In this document: positions 1 through 7,579 of the stretch, piece by piece
Numbering within the stretch: position 1 is the first letter of the stretch
Layout of the letters: each line of letters opens with the position of its first letter
The notes under the pieces: model-generated
Seen by the model: the letters and a program-made list of their open reading frames with translations, nothing else
Told to the model about the DNA's origin: nothing
The model's database searches: none
NCBI GenBank assembly: GCA_943369775.1
Contig: CALROF020000028.1
Location: 1-24,000, forward strand
Origin: Reyranella massiliensis 521
GTDB taxonomy: Bacteria; Pseudomonadota; Alphaproteobacteria; Reyranellales; Reyranellaceae
Direction of reading: 5' to 3'
Length of the DNA: 24,000 nt
Made by a program: the position numbers and the translations under genes

Positions 1-2
1 CG

Positions 3-497
3 ACGCGTTCACCGGGCGGCGGGCGGCTGATCTTGACCGGGCAGCTCGGCGAGGTGATGCGCGAAAGCGCGCAGGCCGCGCTCAGCCTGATCAAGAACAA
101 AGCGACCGCCATCGGCATCGATCCGGCCGCGTTCGAGAAGACCGACATCCATGTGCATGTGCCGGCTGGCGCCACGCCCAAGGACGGGCCGAGTGCCGGC
201 GTGGCCATGTTCACGGCGCTGACCTCCCTGATGACCGGTCGCACGATTCGCAGCGACACGGCGATGACGGGCGAGATCAGCCTGCGCGGGCTGGTGCTGC
301 CGGTGGGCGGGATCAAGGAGAAGGTCGTGGCCGCCGCGGCTGCCGGCATCACGCGGGTGATGCTGCCGGCCCGCAACAAGCGCGACTACGACGACATCCC
401 TGAGGAAGTCCGTAACACGCTCGAGTTTATCTGGCTCGAAAAGGTCGAGGACGCAATCGAACAGGCCCTGTCACCGCCGGAACAGAAGGCCGCTTAG
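3..497 (+). CDS. lon: ATP-dependent Lon protease, C-terminal (proteolytic domain) fragment; 5' end lies outside the window
   Basis: The frame is open from the window edge (first full codon at 3) to TAG 495-497. The translation ...[18 protein letters not shown]...[15 protein letters not shown]...[15 protein letters not shown]... carries the Lon catalytic Ser motif (PKDGPSAG) and the downstream catalytic Lys region (GGIKEK). Confidence 0.92.
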   Translation, partial: TRSPGGGRLILTGQLGEVMRESAQAALSLIKNKATAIGIDPAAFEKTDIHVHVPAGATPKDGPSAGVAMFTALTSLMTGRTIRSDTAMTGEISLRGLVLPVGGIKEKVVAAAAAGITRVMLPARNKRDYDDIPEEVRNTLEFIWLEKVEDAIEQALSPPEQKAA

Positions 498-1942
498 GCC
501 ATCGGCAGCGACAGCGGCGAGATCTGGTCGCCGGGACGGTTGGCGTAGTCGATCTTCACCGAGTCGCGGAGCATGCGTGCCTGCGCCTCGGCCACCCGCT
601 CCATGGCTGCGGCGGGATCGAGATGAACCGGGCTGCCCTCCTTCAGCACGATCTCGCCGTCGACCAGAACGGTCCGCACGGCGCGGTCGGCGGCGTGGAA
701 CACGAAGGAGCGCAGCGGATCGCGGGCCGGTTGCATCAGCGGGTGGTTGAGATCGACCAGCACGATGTCGGCTGCCATGCCGGGACCAAGCGAACCGATA
801 TCCTCGCGGCCCAGCGCCGCGGCACCGCCAAAGGTCGCGGCCTCGAAAGCACCTGCCGTGTCGAGGCTGCGGATATCCTCGCTCATCAGACGTCCGGCGA
901 CGATCGCGAGCCGCATCTCCTCGATCAGGTTGTGCGGGGCGCAATCCGTGCCGAGCCCGATGTTCACGCCCTTGTCGCGGTAGCGGCCGATATGGTCCAT
1001 GGCGAGGCCGTAGCGTGCGAAGGGCTGCGGACAATGCGCCACCGAGGCGCCCGCCTCTGCGATCAGGTCCAGATCCTTCCGCGTGTGCCAGCCGATCTGC
1101 GGATGGTCGTCGAGCAGGATGCAATGCGCCAGCACGGTGTCGTCTTTCAGCAGCCCCTGCGAGGCCGCCCACTGCACAGGTGTCATATTGTGGCGCCGAA
1201 TCATCTCGCGCACCTCGACTACAGACTGGCCGATATGCGTGGAGAAGCGCCGCCCTGAGTCGTCGGCATGCTTGCGGCCGGCCGCGAACAGCGCCGGCGT
1301 CACGGTGTCGATCTGTGCCGGGAAGACCATCGCGTCGAGGCGACGCGAATTGTGCGCCTCGGCATCGGCCATGACCTTCTTGGCCTTCTCGAACTGAGCG
1401 AGGCCGCCGGCCTCGTCCCACTTCCAGATCACGGTCTGCGGTGCTGCCATGCCCCAGCGTGCCGAGGCGAAGGTCGGGGCCGCATAGAAGCGCATGCCGC
1501 TTTGCGCCATCGTCTCCAGCCAGCCGTCGAAGGGCACGGTCACGTCGCAGGCGGTCGTGGTGCCGGCCCGCAGCATCTCGCAATAGGCCAGCGTCGCTGC
1601 CCCTTGCCGGCCATCGTCGCCCAGGCGGAAGGCCTGCAGGCGCTCCATCAGGCCGGTCATCTGCTGCTCGGGGACCCCGTGATCTTCGCGCACGCCGCGA
1701 TAGCCGGGTTCGGTCGAGGGATGGGAATGGATGTTCACCAGCCCCGGAAGGGCCAGCATCCCGGTGCCGTCGATCGTCACCTCGCCGGGACCGGAAGGCC
1801 GCGCTCCGGCCGGCGTGATCTCGACGATCCGACCCTCCTCCAGGTGCAGGTCGATGTCGCGTCGATAGACGTGCCGGCGATGGGTGCCGTCCCGGACCAC
1901 GGCCCAGGAAAGGTTCCGGATGGAGTTCGGTCGGGAGCTCAT
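494..1942 (-). CDS. Metal-dependent amidohydrolase, ATZ/TRZ / chlorohydrolase-deaminase-like family
   Basis: Track ORF 494..1951. N-terminal beta-sandwich then the [11 protein letters not shown] (HxH) metal motif; later HC..., GLGTDC and a FHAAD-type C-terminal region typical of the amidohydrolase superfamily. Start moved to ATG 1940-1942, which has GGAGG 10 nt upstream; the GTG at 1951 sits only 1 nt from that RBS. Confidence 0.85.
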   Translation of the reverse strand: MSSRPNSIRNLSWAVVRDGTHRRHVYRRDIDLHLEEGRIVEITPAGARPSGPGEVTIDGTGMLALPGLVNIHSHPSTEPGYRGVREDHGVPEQQMTGLMERLQAFRLGDDGRQGAATLAYCEMLRAGTTTACDVTVPFDGWLETMAQSGMRFYAAPTFASARWGMAAPQTVIWKWDEAGGLAQFEKAKKVMADAEAHNSRRLDAMVFPAQIDTVTPALFAAGRKHADDSGRRFSTHIGQSVVEVREMIRRHNMTPVQWAASQGLLKDDTVLAHCILLDDHPQIGWHTRKDLDLIAEAGASVAHCPQPFARYGLAMDHIGRYRDKGVNIGLGTDCAPHNLIEEMRLAIVAGRLMSEDIRSLDTAGAFEAATFGGAAALGREDIGSLGPGMAADIVLVDLNHPLMQPARDPLRSFVFHAADRAVRTVLVDGEIVLKEGSPVHLDPAAAMERVAEAQARMLRDSVKIDYANRPGDQISPLSLPMA

Positions 1943-1975
1943 GGATTGCACGCCTCCGGGGAGCGACGCCCTTTA

Positions 1976-1991
1976 GGGCACGCCTGTTGCA
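1976..1991 (+). promoter_or_regulatory. Putative sigma-54 (RpoN) -24/-12 promoter reading toward the substrate-binding protein gene
   Basis: gGGCACGcctgTTGCA matches the consensus TGGCACG-N4-TTGCW at 11 of 12 specified positions. GG at 1977-1978 and GC at 1989-1990 have the exact 12-nt register. It lies in the 105-nt divergent intergenic region, about 57 nt upstream of ATG 2048. Confidence 0.55.
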
Positions 1992-2047
1992 TAGACCGCG
2001 CAATGGGACGATAGAATCGGAAAAAACAGAGAACAAGGAGGCAGGCT

Positions 2048-3610
2048 ATGCGGAGAGTGAAAGGAGCGCTCGCTGCTGCAGCGGCGGTGCTGTTCTCGGC
2101 CTCGGTAGAGGCGCAGACGCTCAAGGTCGTGATGCATTCGGACGTCAAGATCGTCGACCCGATCTGGACGACTGCCTACATCGTGCGCAACCACGGCTAC
2201 ATGGTCTACGACACGCTGCTGGCGGTCGACGACAAGCTCGCCGTGAAACCTCAGATGCTGGAGAGCTGGAAGGTGAGCGACGACAAGCTCACCTACACCT
2301 TCACTTTGCGCGACGGCTTGAAGTTCCACGACGGTGCCGCCGTCACCGCCGAGGACTGCATCGCGTCGATCAAGCGCTGGGCGTCGCGCGACGCGATGGG
2401 CCAGAAGCTGATGAGCTATACGAAGGCGTTGACGGCCGTCGATCCCAAGACCTTCACTTTGACGCTCAACGAACCGTACGGCCTCGTCATCGAATCGCTC
2501 GGCAAGCCGAGTTCGAACGTGCCCTTCATCATGCCCAAGCGCGTCGCCGAGACGCCGGGCAATACGCAGATTACCGACTTCACCGGCTCCGGACCCTTCG
2601 TGTTCCGCCGTGATCTGTGGCGGCCGGGCGAGAAGGCCGTCTACGACAAGTTCAAGGACTACAAGCCGCGCACCGAGCCGCCATCGGCCTTGTCCGGCGG
2701 CAAGAACGTCTATCTCGACAGGGTCGAGTGGGTGAACATTCCCGATTCGCAGACGGCCGCCAATGCCCTGCTGACCGGCGAGATCGATATGATCGAGCAG
2801 CCGCTGATCGAACTGCTGCCGATGTTCGAGAAGGACAAGAACATCGAGATCGTCGACTACAATCCATTGGGCAGCCAGTACAGCTTCCGCTTCAACGTGC
2901 TGCACAAGCCGTTCGACAATCCGAAGATCCGTCAGGCCGCCCTCTATGCGCTGAACCAGAAGGACTTCCTGCTGGCTGGCATTAGCGACCCGAAATACTT
3001 CAAGGAGTGCAAGGCGATCTTCATTTGCGGTACGCCCTACGCGACCGACAAGGGTTTCGAGGACAAGCTCAACTCGAACTTCGCCAAGTCGAAGGAAATC
3101 CTGAAGCAGGAGGGCTATGACGGCACGCCAGTGGTGTTGCTGTATGCCACCGACACCAACACTGGCCGCCTGACGCCCATCACCAAGGCGCTCCTGGAGC
3201 GCGGCGGCTTCGTCGTCGACATGCAGGCGATGGATTGGCAGACGGTGCTGTCACGCCGCTCGCGCAAGGAGCCGCTGAACGCTGGCGGCTGGAGCGGGTT
3301 CATGACGTCTTGGGTATCGGCCGACCTGCTCGACCCCATCGTCTCGGCGTTCGTCGGTGCCGCGTGTGACAAGGCGGCCATCGGCTGGCCGTGCGACGCC
3401 AAGCTCGAGGAACTGCGCGACGCCTTCGCCAAGACGACCGATCCTGCCAAGCGCAAGGAGTACGCCGAGGCCGTTCAGGTTCGTGAATCCGAGTATCCGA
3501 CCTTCGCGCACCTCGGACAGTTCAACATCCCGATGGCCAAGCGTACGACCGTGACCGGCAACCTAACCTCGCCGGCGCCGGTCTTCTGGAATGTGCGCAA
3601 GAAGGAGTAG
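2048..3610 (+). CDS. ABC transporter substrate-binding protein, family 5 (peptide/nickel/opine type), secreted
   Basis: 520-aa ORF. AAGGAGG sits 7 nt upstream of the ATG. Signal peptide MRRVKGALAAAAAVLFSASVEAQ. Family-5 SBP-like sequence (KFHDG..VTAEDCIASIKRW, LNEPYG, PGEKAVYDKFKDY). Confidence 0.9.
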   Translation: MRRVKGALAAAAAVLFSASVEAQTLKVVMHSDVKIVDPIWTTAYIVRNHGYMVYDTLLAVDDKLAVKPQMLESWKVSDDKLTYTFTLRDGLKFHDGAAVTAEDCIASIKRWASRDAMGQKLMSYTKALTAVDPKTFTLTLNEPYGLVIESLGKPSSNVPFIMPKRVAETPGNTQITDFTGSGPFVFRRDLWRPGEKAVYDKFKDYKPRTEPPSALSGGKNVYLDRVEWVNIPDSQTAANALLTGEIDMIEQPLIELLPMFEKDKNIEIVDYNPLGSQYSFRFNVLHKPFDNPKIRQAALYALNQKDFLLAGISDPKYFKECKAIFICGTPYATDKGFEDKLNSNFAKSKEILKQEGYDGTPVVLLYATDTNTGRLTPITKALLERGGFVVDMQAMDWQTVLSRRSRKEPLNAGGWSGFMTSWVSADLLDPIVSAFVGAACDKAAIGWPCDAKLEELRDAFAKTTDPAKRKEYAEAVQVRESEYPTFAHLGQFNIPMAKRTTVTGNLTSPAPVFWNVRKKE

Positions 3611-3625
3611 CGGCTCCCCTTAGCG

Positions 3626-4468
3626 TCAGCCCAGCTCCAGGCTGGTCACGCCGAACAGGCCGGCATAGTTCACATCGGGATCGGCCCCGGTGTACATGCG
3701 CGCCGTCTCGAACGACGGCTTCAGGCCCATCTCCTCGGCGAGCTTCACCGCCGCCTTGTTGCGATCGGGGACGTCGATCGCGACGGCCGCGGAGCCCGTT
3801 TTCTGGGCCAGGGCGGAAACGAGGCTGCCGGCAATTTCCGGTGTGGCCGCGAAAAGCGGCCCCACACGCGACGCCGCCGCCGAACGACGCATCACGGCAA
3901 AACCTGCCACCTCGCCGCCGCGCAGCGCGACCATGGCGGCCCGTTCCGGCAACGAAACCCACGACGCCAGGAACGCATCCCGCGCTTCGGGAAAGTACGT
4001 GCGATCGTAGGCGGCGAGCCTGTCGAAGGCGAGGCTACGTGCATCGACAAGGGTGACGCCGGCCGGCGCCGGGATCGCGGGCGCAGGCCCTTCGTGGCGG
4101 ATGTTGTTCCAGGCGAGCCGAAAGCCCGACTTCTTGTAGTTCCCCTGCTGGGCCACCACGCCGTCGAGGCCGACATTGCGCCCGGCGAGGCGCGCCATGC
4201 CGGCACGCCAGATCTGGATGCCGTAGCCCTTTCCACGGATCGCCGGCCGCGCAATGTAGAAGCCCAGGAAGCCGAAGCCCTGCCCGTACTTCACGACCGA
4301 AATGCAGGCCTGCGGTTCGCCGTCGAGGCGGCCGATCAGAAAGCCGCCGGGATCGGCAGCAAAGAAGGCGTGCGCATCGGTCTTGCCAGGGTTCCAACCC
4401 TCAGCGTCGGCCCACTGGGCCATACGTTGAACATCGTCGGCGCTGCCGACCGCGATCTCGAAGCTCAT
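3626..4468 (-). CDS. GNAT family N-acetyltransferase with YitH-type C-terminal domain
   Basis: 280-aa ORF. GNAT core with the acetyl-CoA loop motif RGKGYGIQIW (R/Q-x-x-G-x-G/A), followed by a second, roughly 130-aa domain as in two-domain YitH-like acetyltransferases. The start lies 9 nt downstream of the LLM monooxygenase stop. Confidence 0.85.
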   Translation of the reverse strand: MSFEIAVGSADDVQRMAQWADAEGWNPGKTDAHAFFAADPGGFLIGRLDGEPQACISVVKYGQGFGFLGFYIARPAIRGKGYGIQIWRAGMARLAGRNVGLDGVVAQQGNYKKSGFRLAWNNIRHEGPAPAIPAPAGVTLVDARSLAFDRLAAYDRTYFPEARDAFLASWVSLPERAAMVALRGGEVAGFAVMRRSAAASRVGPLFAATPEIAGSLVSALAQKTGSAAVAIDVPDRNKAAVKLAEEMGLKPSFETARMYTGADPDVNYAGLFGVTSLELG

Positions 4469-4477
4469 GCCTCGAGG

Positions 4478-5827
4478 TTACTCTGCTGCCTTGGCTGTGG
4501 CTGCGAAAAAACGATTGTCGGGTCGCGGTAGGCCAAGATTCTCACGCAGGGTCCGGCCTTCATATTCTTTGCGGAACAGGCCGCGGCGCTGCAGCTCTGG
4601 CACGACCTTGTCGACGAAATCGTCGAGGCCACCGGGCAGGTACGGGAACATCACGTTGAAGCCGTCGCAGGCTTCGCCGACCAGCCATTCCTCCATCTGG
4701 TCCGCGATCATCTGCGGCGTGCCCACCATACCCAGCCCGCCATAGCCACCGAGGCGGCCCGCGATCTGGCGCACCGTGAGGTTCTCGCGCTTGCCGAGTT
4801 CGATGACTCTGTCGCGGCCGCTCTTGCTGGCCTGGGTTTCGGGAATGTCGTCCGGCAACAGCTTGTCGGGATCGAACTTGCGCGCGTCGACGCCGAGCGC
4901 AATCGAGACGGCGGCAATGCCGCTGTCGTAGTTCACGAGGCTGTCGAGCCTGGCACGCTTCTCCTTCGCCTCGTCGAGCGAATCGCCCACAACCACGAAA
5001 GCGCCAGGCAGGATCTTAATGTGGTCGGGGTTGCGTCCGACCTTCGCCGTGCGTGATTTCACGTCGGCATAGAATTCCTGCGCACCCTTCAGCGGTCCGC
5101 CAGCAGCGAACACGACTTCCGCCGTTTCGGCCGCGAGCTGGCGGCCGGCGTCCGAGGCACCCGCCTGCACCACGACCGGCCAGCCCTGGACGGGCCGGGC
5201 GATGTTGAGCGGACCGCGTACCTTCAAGTACTTGCCCTTGTGATCCAGCACATGCAGGCGCGCCGGATCGAAATAGATACCGCTCTCCACATCGCGGATG
5301 AAGGCATCGTCGGCCCAGGAATCCCACAACCCCGTCACCACGTCGAAGAACTCACGCGCGCGCGCGTAGCGCTCGGCATGGGGCATCTGGTCGTCCATGC
5401 CGAAGTTGAGCGCCGCATCGGGGTTGGACGTCGTGACGAGGTTCCAGCCCGCCCGGCCGTCGCTGATATGGTCGAGCGAAGCGAACCGACGGGCGATCGT
5501 GTAGGCGGGCTCGAAGGTAGTCGAGGCCGTGGCGATCAGACCGAGATGCTTTGTCGCCATGGCGAGCGCCGGCAACAGGGTCAGTGGGTCGAACGACGTG
5601 ACCGTGGCGCTCCTCTTCAGCGCCTCCATCGGCATGTTCAGCACGGCCAGGTGATCGGCCATGAAGAAGGCATCGAACTTGCCGCGCTCCAGCGTCTGGG
5701 CGTACTCCACCAGCGCCTTGAGATTGAAGTTGGCATCAGGCGTGCCGCCCGGATAGCGCCAGGCGGCGGTGTGGATGCTGACAGGGCGCATGAAAGCGCC
5801 GAGGCGGAGCTGACGTTTCTGGGTCAT
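4478..5827 (-). CDS. LLM-class flavin-dependent monooxygenase, NtaA/SnaA/DszA/SoxA family
   Basis: Track ORF 4478..5881. Translation MTQKRQLRLGAFM..VSIHTAAWRYPG...FDAFFMADHL...GRAGWNLVTTS... is typical of nitrilotriacetate-monooxygenase-type two-component FMN monooxygenases (449 aa). Start set to ATG 5825-5827 with AGGAG 3 nt upstream. Confidence 0.9.
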   Translation of the reverse strand: MTQKRQLRLGAFMRPVSIHTAAWRYPGGTPDANFNLKALVEYAQTLERGKFDAFFMADHLAVLNMPMEALKRSATVTSFDPLTLLPALAMATKHLGLIATASTTFEPAYTIARRFASLDHISDGRAGWNLVTTSNPDAALNFGMDDQMPHAERYARAREFFDVVTGLWDSWADDAFIRDVESGIYFDPARLHVLDHKGKYLKVRGPLNIARPVQGWPVVVQAGASDAGRQLAAETAEVVFAAGGPLKGAQEFYADVKSRTAKVGRNPDHIKILPGAFVVVGDSLDEAKEKRARLDSLVNYDSGIAAVSIALGVDARKFDPDKLLPDDIPETQASKSGRDRVIELGKRENLTVRQIAGRLGGYGGLGMVGTPQMIADQMEEWLVGEACDGFNVMFPYLPGGLDDFVDKVVPELQRRGLFRKEYEGRTLRENLGLPRPDNRFFAATAKAAE

Positions 5828-5909
5828 GGCTCCTAATCTTGCCCCCGCCCGGCGGACCGACAAGGTCCGCTCGGACGACAAGAACTAATTCAACGAATTA
5901 TTTCTCGAT

Positions 5910-7304
5910 TCAGACGATGGCAGGGTGCTTTTTGTCCGTTCCCGCCGCCCGCTCCCAGGCCTGCGCCACGGCGAACACCGTGGCCTCGTCGAAGTAGCGA
6001 CCGACGAACTGCACGGAAACCGGGAGGCCGCCCGTCGAGAGGCCGGCCATCATCGCCAGCGCCGGATGGCCCGTAACGTTGAACGGCGTGCGTGCCTGGC
6101 GCGGATAGGTGCGCTCGACATCGGCCGGCCGGTCGATACGGCAGGCCGGGTCCATCGAACTGGCGCAGAGCAGTACATCGACATCGCGCAAGGCCGCCTC
6201 GACCTCGGCGATCATCTCCAGCCGCCGACGGCTCGCCAGCATGTAGTCGCCGGAACTCATGAAGGCGCCGGCCATCAGGCGCCGCCGCGACAGCATGCCG
6301 TAATCCTCCGGCCGTTCGGTGAGCCAGGGCGCATGGATCGACCAGGCCTCGCTTTGCAGGATGACGCGATTGACGGCGCCGAACTCGCCGAGCGCCGGCA
6401 GCTTGATCGTGTGCAATTCCGCGCCCTCTGCTTCCAGCGTGCGCGCGACATGCTCCAGTCCTGCCGTGACCTCCGGATCGGCCGGCGTGTCGGTCTCGTG
6501 GAAGTGTCGCACGAAGCCCACGCGCAGGCCGCGCACGCTGCGCTCGAGTCCCGCCGCATAGTGTCCGCGTGTCGCCGCGGCACTGCCAGGATCGAGCGGG
6601 TCGTGACCTGCGATCGCTTCCAGCATCAAAGCATTGTCGCCGACAGTCCGCGTCATCGGCCCGATATGGTCGAGCGTGAAAGAGAGCGGGAAGACGCCCC
6701 GGCGCGAGACCAGGCCGTAGGTCGGCTTCAGCCCGACGATGCCGCAGCAACTCGCGGGATTGCGCACACTGCCGCCGGTATCCGTGCCCAGCGCCATCGG
6801 AAAGAGGCCAGCAGCGACGCCCGCCCCCGACCCGGAAGACGAGCCGCCGGGATGGTGATCGGTGTTCCAGGGATTGCGCGCCGGCGGCCAGGGCAGATCG
6901 AAGCTCGGCCCGCCGATGGCGAACTCGTGCGTGGAGAGCTTGCCCAGCACGATGGCGCCGGCGCCGCGCAGCTTCTCGACACAAACGGCATCGGCCGCCG
7001 CAATATTGTCTTCGAGGATCTTCGAATGGCAGGTGGTCGGCAGGCCAGCGACGTCGATGATGTCCTTGATGCCGACCGGTACGCCATGCAGCGGCCCGCG
7101 CAGGCGGCCCGAGATTGCTTCGGCTTCGGCGGCCTTGGCCGCCTGCAGTGCCGCGTCGCCATCGACGCGGATGAACGCATTGAGCTTGGGGTCGAGCCGT
7201 TCGATGCGATCGAGCAGCGCCTTGGTGAGATCGACAGGCGAAAGCTCGCGAGTCGCGATGGCGTGCGCGGCAGCGCCCACCGTCATCCAATGCAGGTCGC
7301 TCAT
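5910..7304 (-). CDS. Amidase-signature family amidase (GatA/AtzE-like)
   Basis: Track ORF 5910..7334. Amidase signature is present: GVPVGIKDII (catalytic Lys), HHPGGSSSGSGAGVAAG (Gly/Ser-rich signature loop) and TDTGGSVRNPAS (Ser-containing GGS motif). Start set to ATG 7302-7304, which overlaps the stop of the upstream small ORF (ATGA). Confidence 0.9.
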   Translation of the reverse strand: MSDLHWMTVGAAAHAIATRELSPVDLTKALLDRIERLDPKLNAFIRVDGDAALQAAKAAEAEAISGRLRGPLHGVPVGIKDIIDVAGLPTTCHSKILEDNIAAADAVCVEKLRGAGAIVLGKLSTHEFAIGGPSFDLPWPPARNPWNTDHHPGGSSSGSGAGVAAGLFPMALGTDTGGSVRNPASCCGIVGLKPTYGLVSRRGVFPLSFTLDHIGPMTRTVGDNALMLEAIAGHDPLDPGSAAATRGHYAAGLERSVRGLRVGFVRHFHETDTPADPEVTAGLEHVARTLEAEGAELHTIKLPALGEFGAVNRVILQSEAWSIHAPWLTERPEDYGMLSRRRLMAGAFMSSGDYMLASRRRLEMIAEVEAALRDVDVLLCASSMDPACRIDRPADVERTYPRQARTPFNVTGHPALAMMAGLSTGGLPVSVQFVGRYFDEATVFAVAQAWERAAGTDKKHPAIV

Positions 7305-7483
7305 AGGCCGTTCCCCGCCCGCATCGGCGGCCACGGTTCCGCTCTCGGATCGGCTGGTCGCTTGATCTTCTCCGCGACATCCGCCGCCTGCTTCGCGGAA
7401 GCAGTGACATCGTCAGGAAATTTTGCCAGTGCCTTGGCAAGGCCGGCACGACGCGCCAGCAACTCGATCGTTTCCTTGTCCAC
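7301..7483 (-). CDS. Small (60 aa) protein, candidate GatC/AtzG-like accessory subunit of the downstream amidase
   Basis: GTG 7481-7483 is preceded by GGAGGAGAG with a 5-nt spacer. Its TGA stop overlaps the amidase ATG (4-nt ATGA junction at 7301-7304). The sequence is helical and Ala/Lys-rich (MDKETIELLARRAGLAKALAKFPDDV...), comparable in size and position to GatC/AtzG. Homology is not verified. Confidence 0.55.
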   Translation of the reverse strand: MDKETIELLARRAGLAKALAKFPDDVTASAKQAADVAEKIKRPADPRAEPWPPMRAGNGL

Positions 7484-7579
7484 CTGAACTCTCCTCCGGA
7501 TGGCGCAAGGTCAGCATGAGTCGTGCCAGCCGTCCATCCATGCCATACAGCGACCGATCAGCAGTTTAGGGGGAACAGC

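Noticed and set aside
471-2036. 521-aa minus-strand ORF overlapping the amidohydrolase
   Set aside because: It is an alternative frame of the same strand and has extreme Arg/Pro/Gly content. The neighbouring frame (494..1942) has the HxH metal motif and amidohydrolase-like sequence throughout.
5925-7487. 520-aa plus-strand ORF, and 519-aa minus-strand ORF 5890..7449
   Set aside because: Both overlap the amidase gene, one antisense and one frame-shifted. They have Arg/Ala-rich composition. The amidase frame carries the complete amidase signature, so these are shadows.
7501-7516. Second sigma-54-like element, TGGCGCaaggtCAGCA, upstream of the antiporter
   Set aside because: The GG/GC spacing is correct, but the -12 box (CAGCA instead of TTGCA) and the -24 box (GGCGC) are both degenerate. 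This is too weak to call without a PWM score or experimental data.
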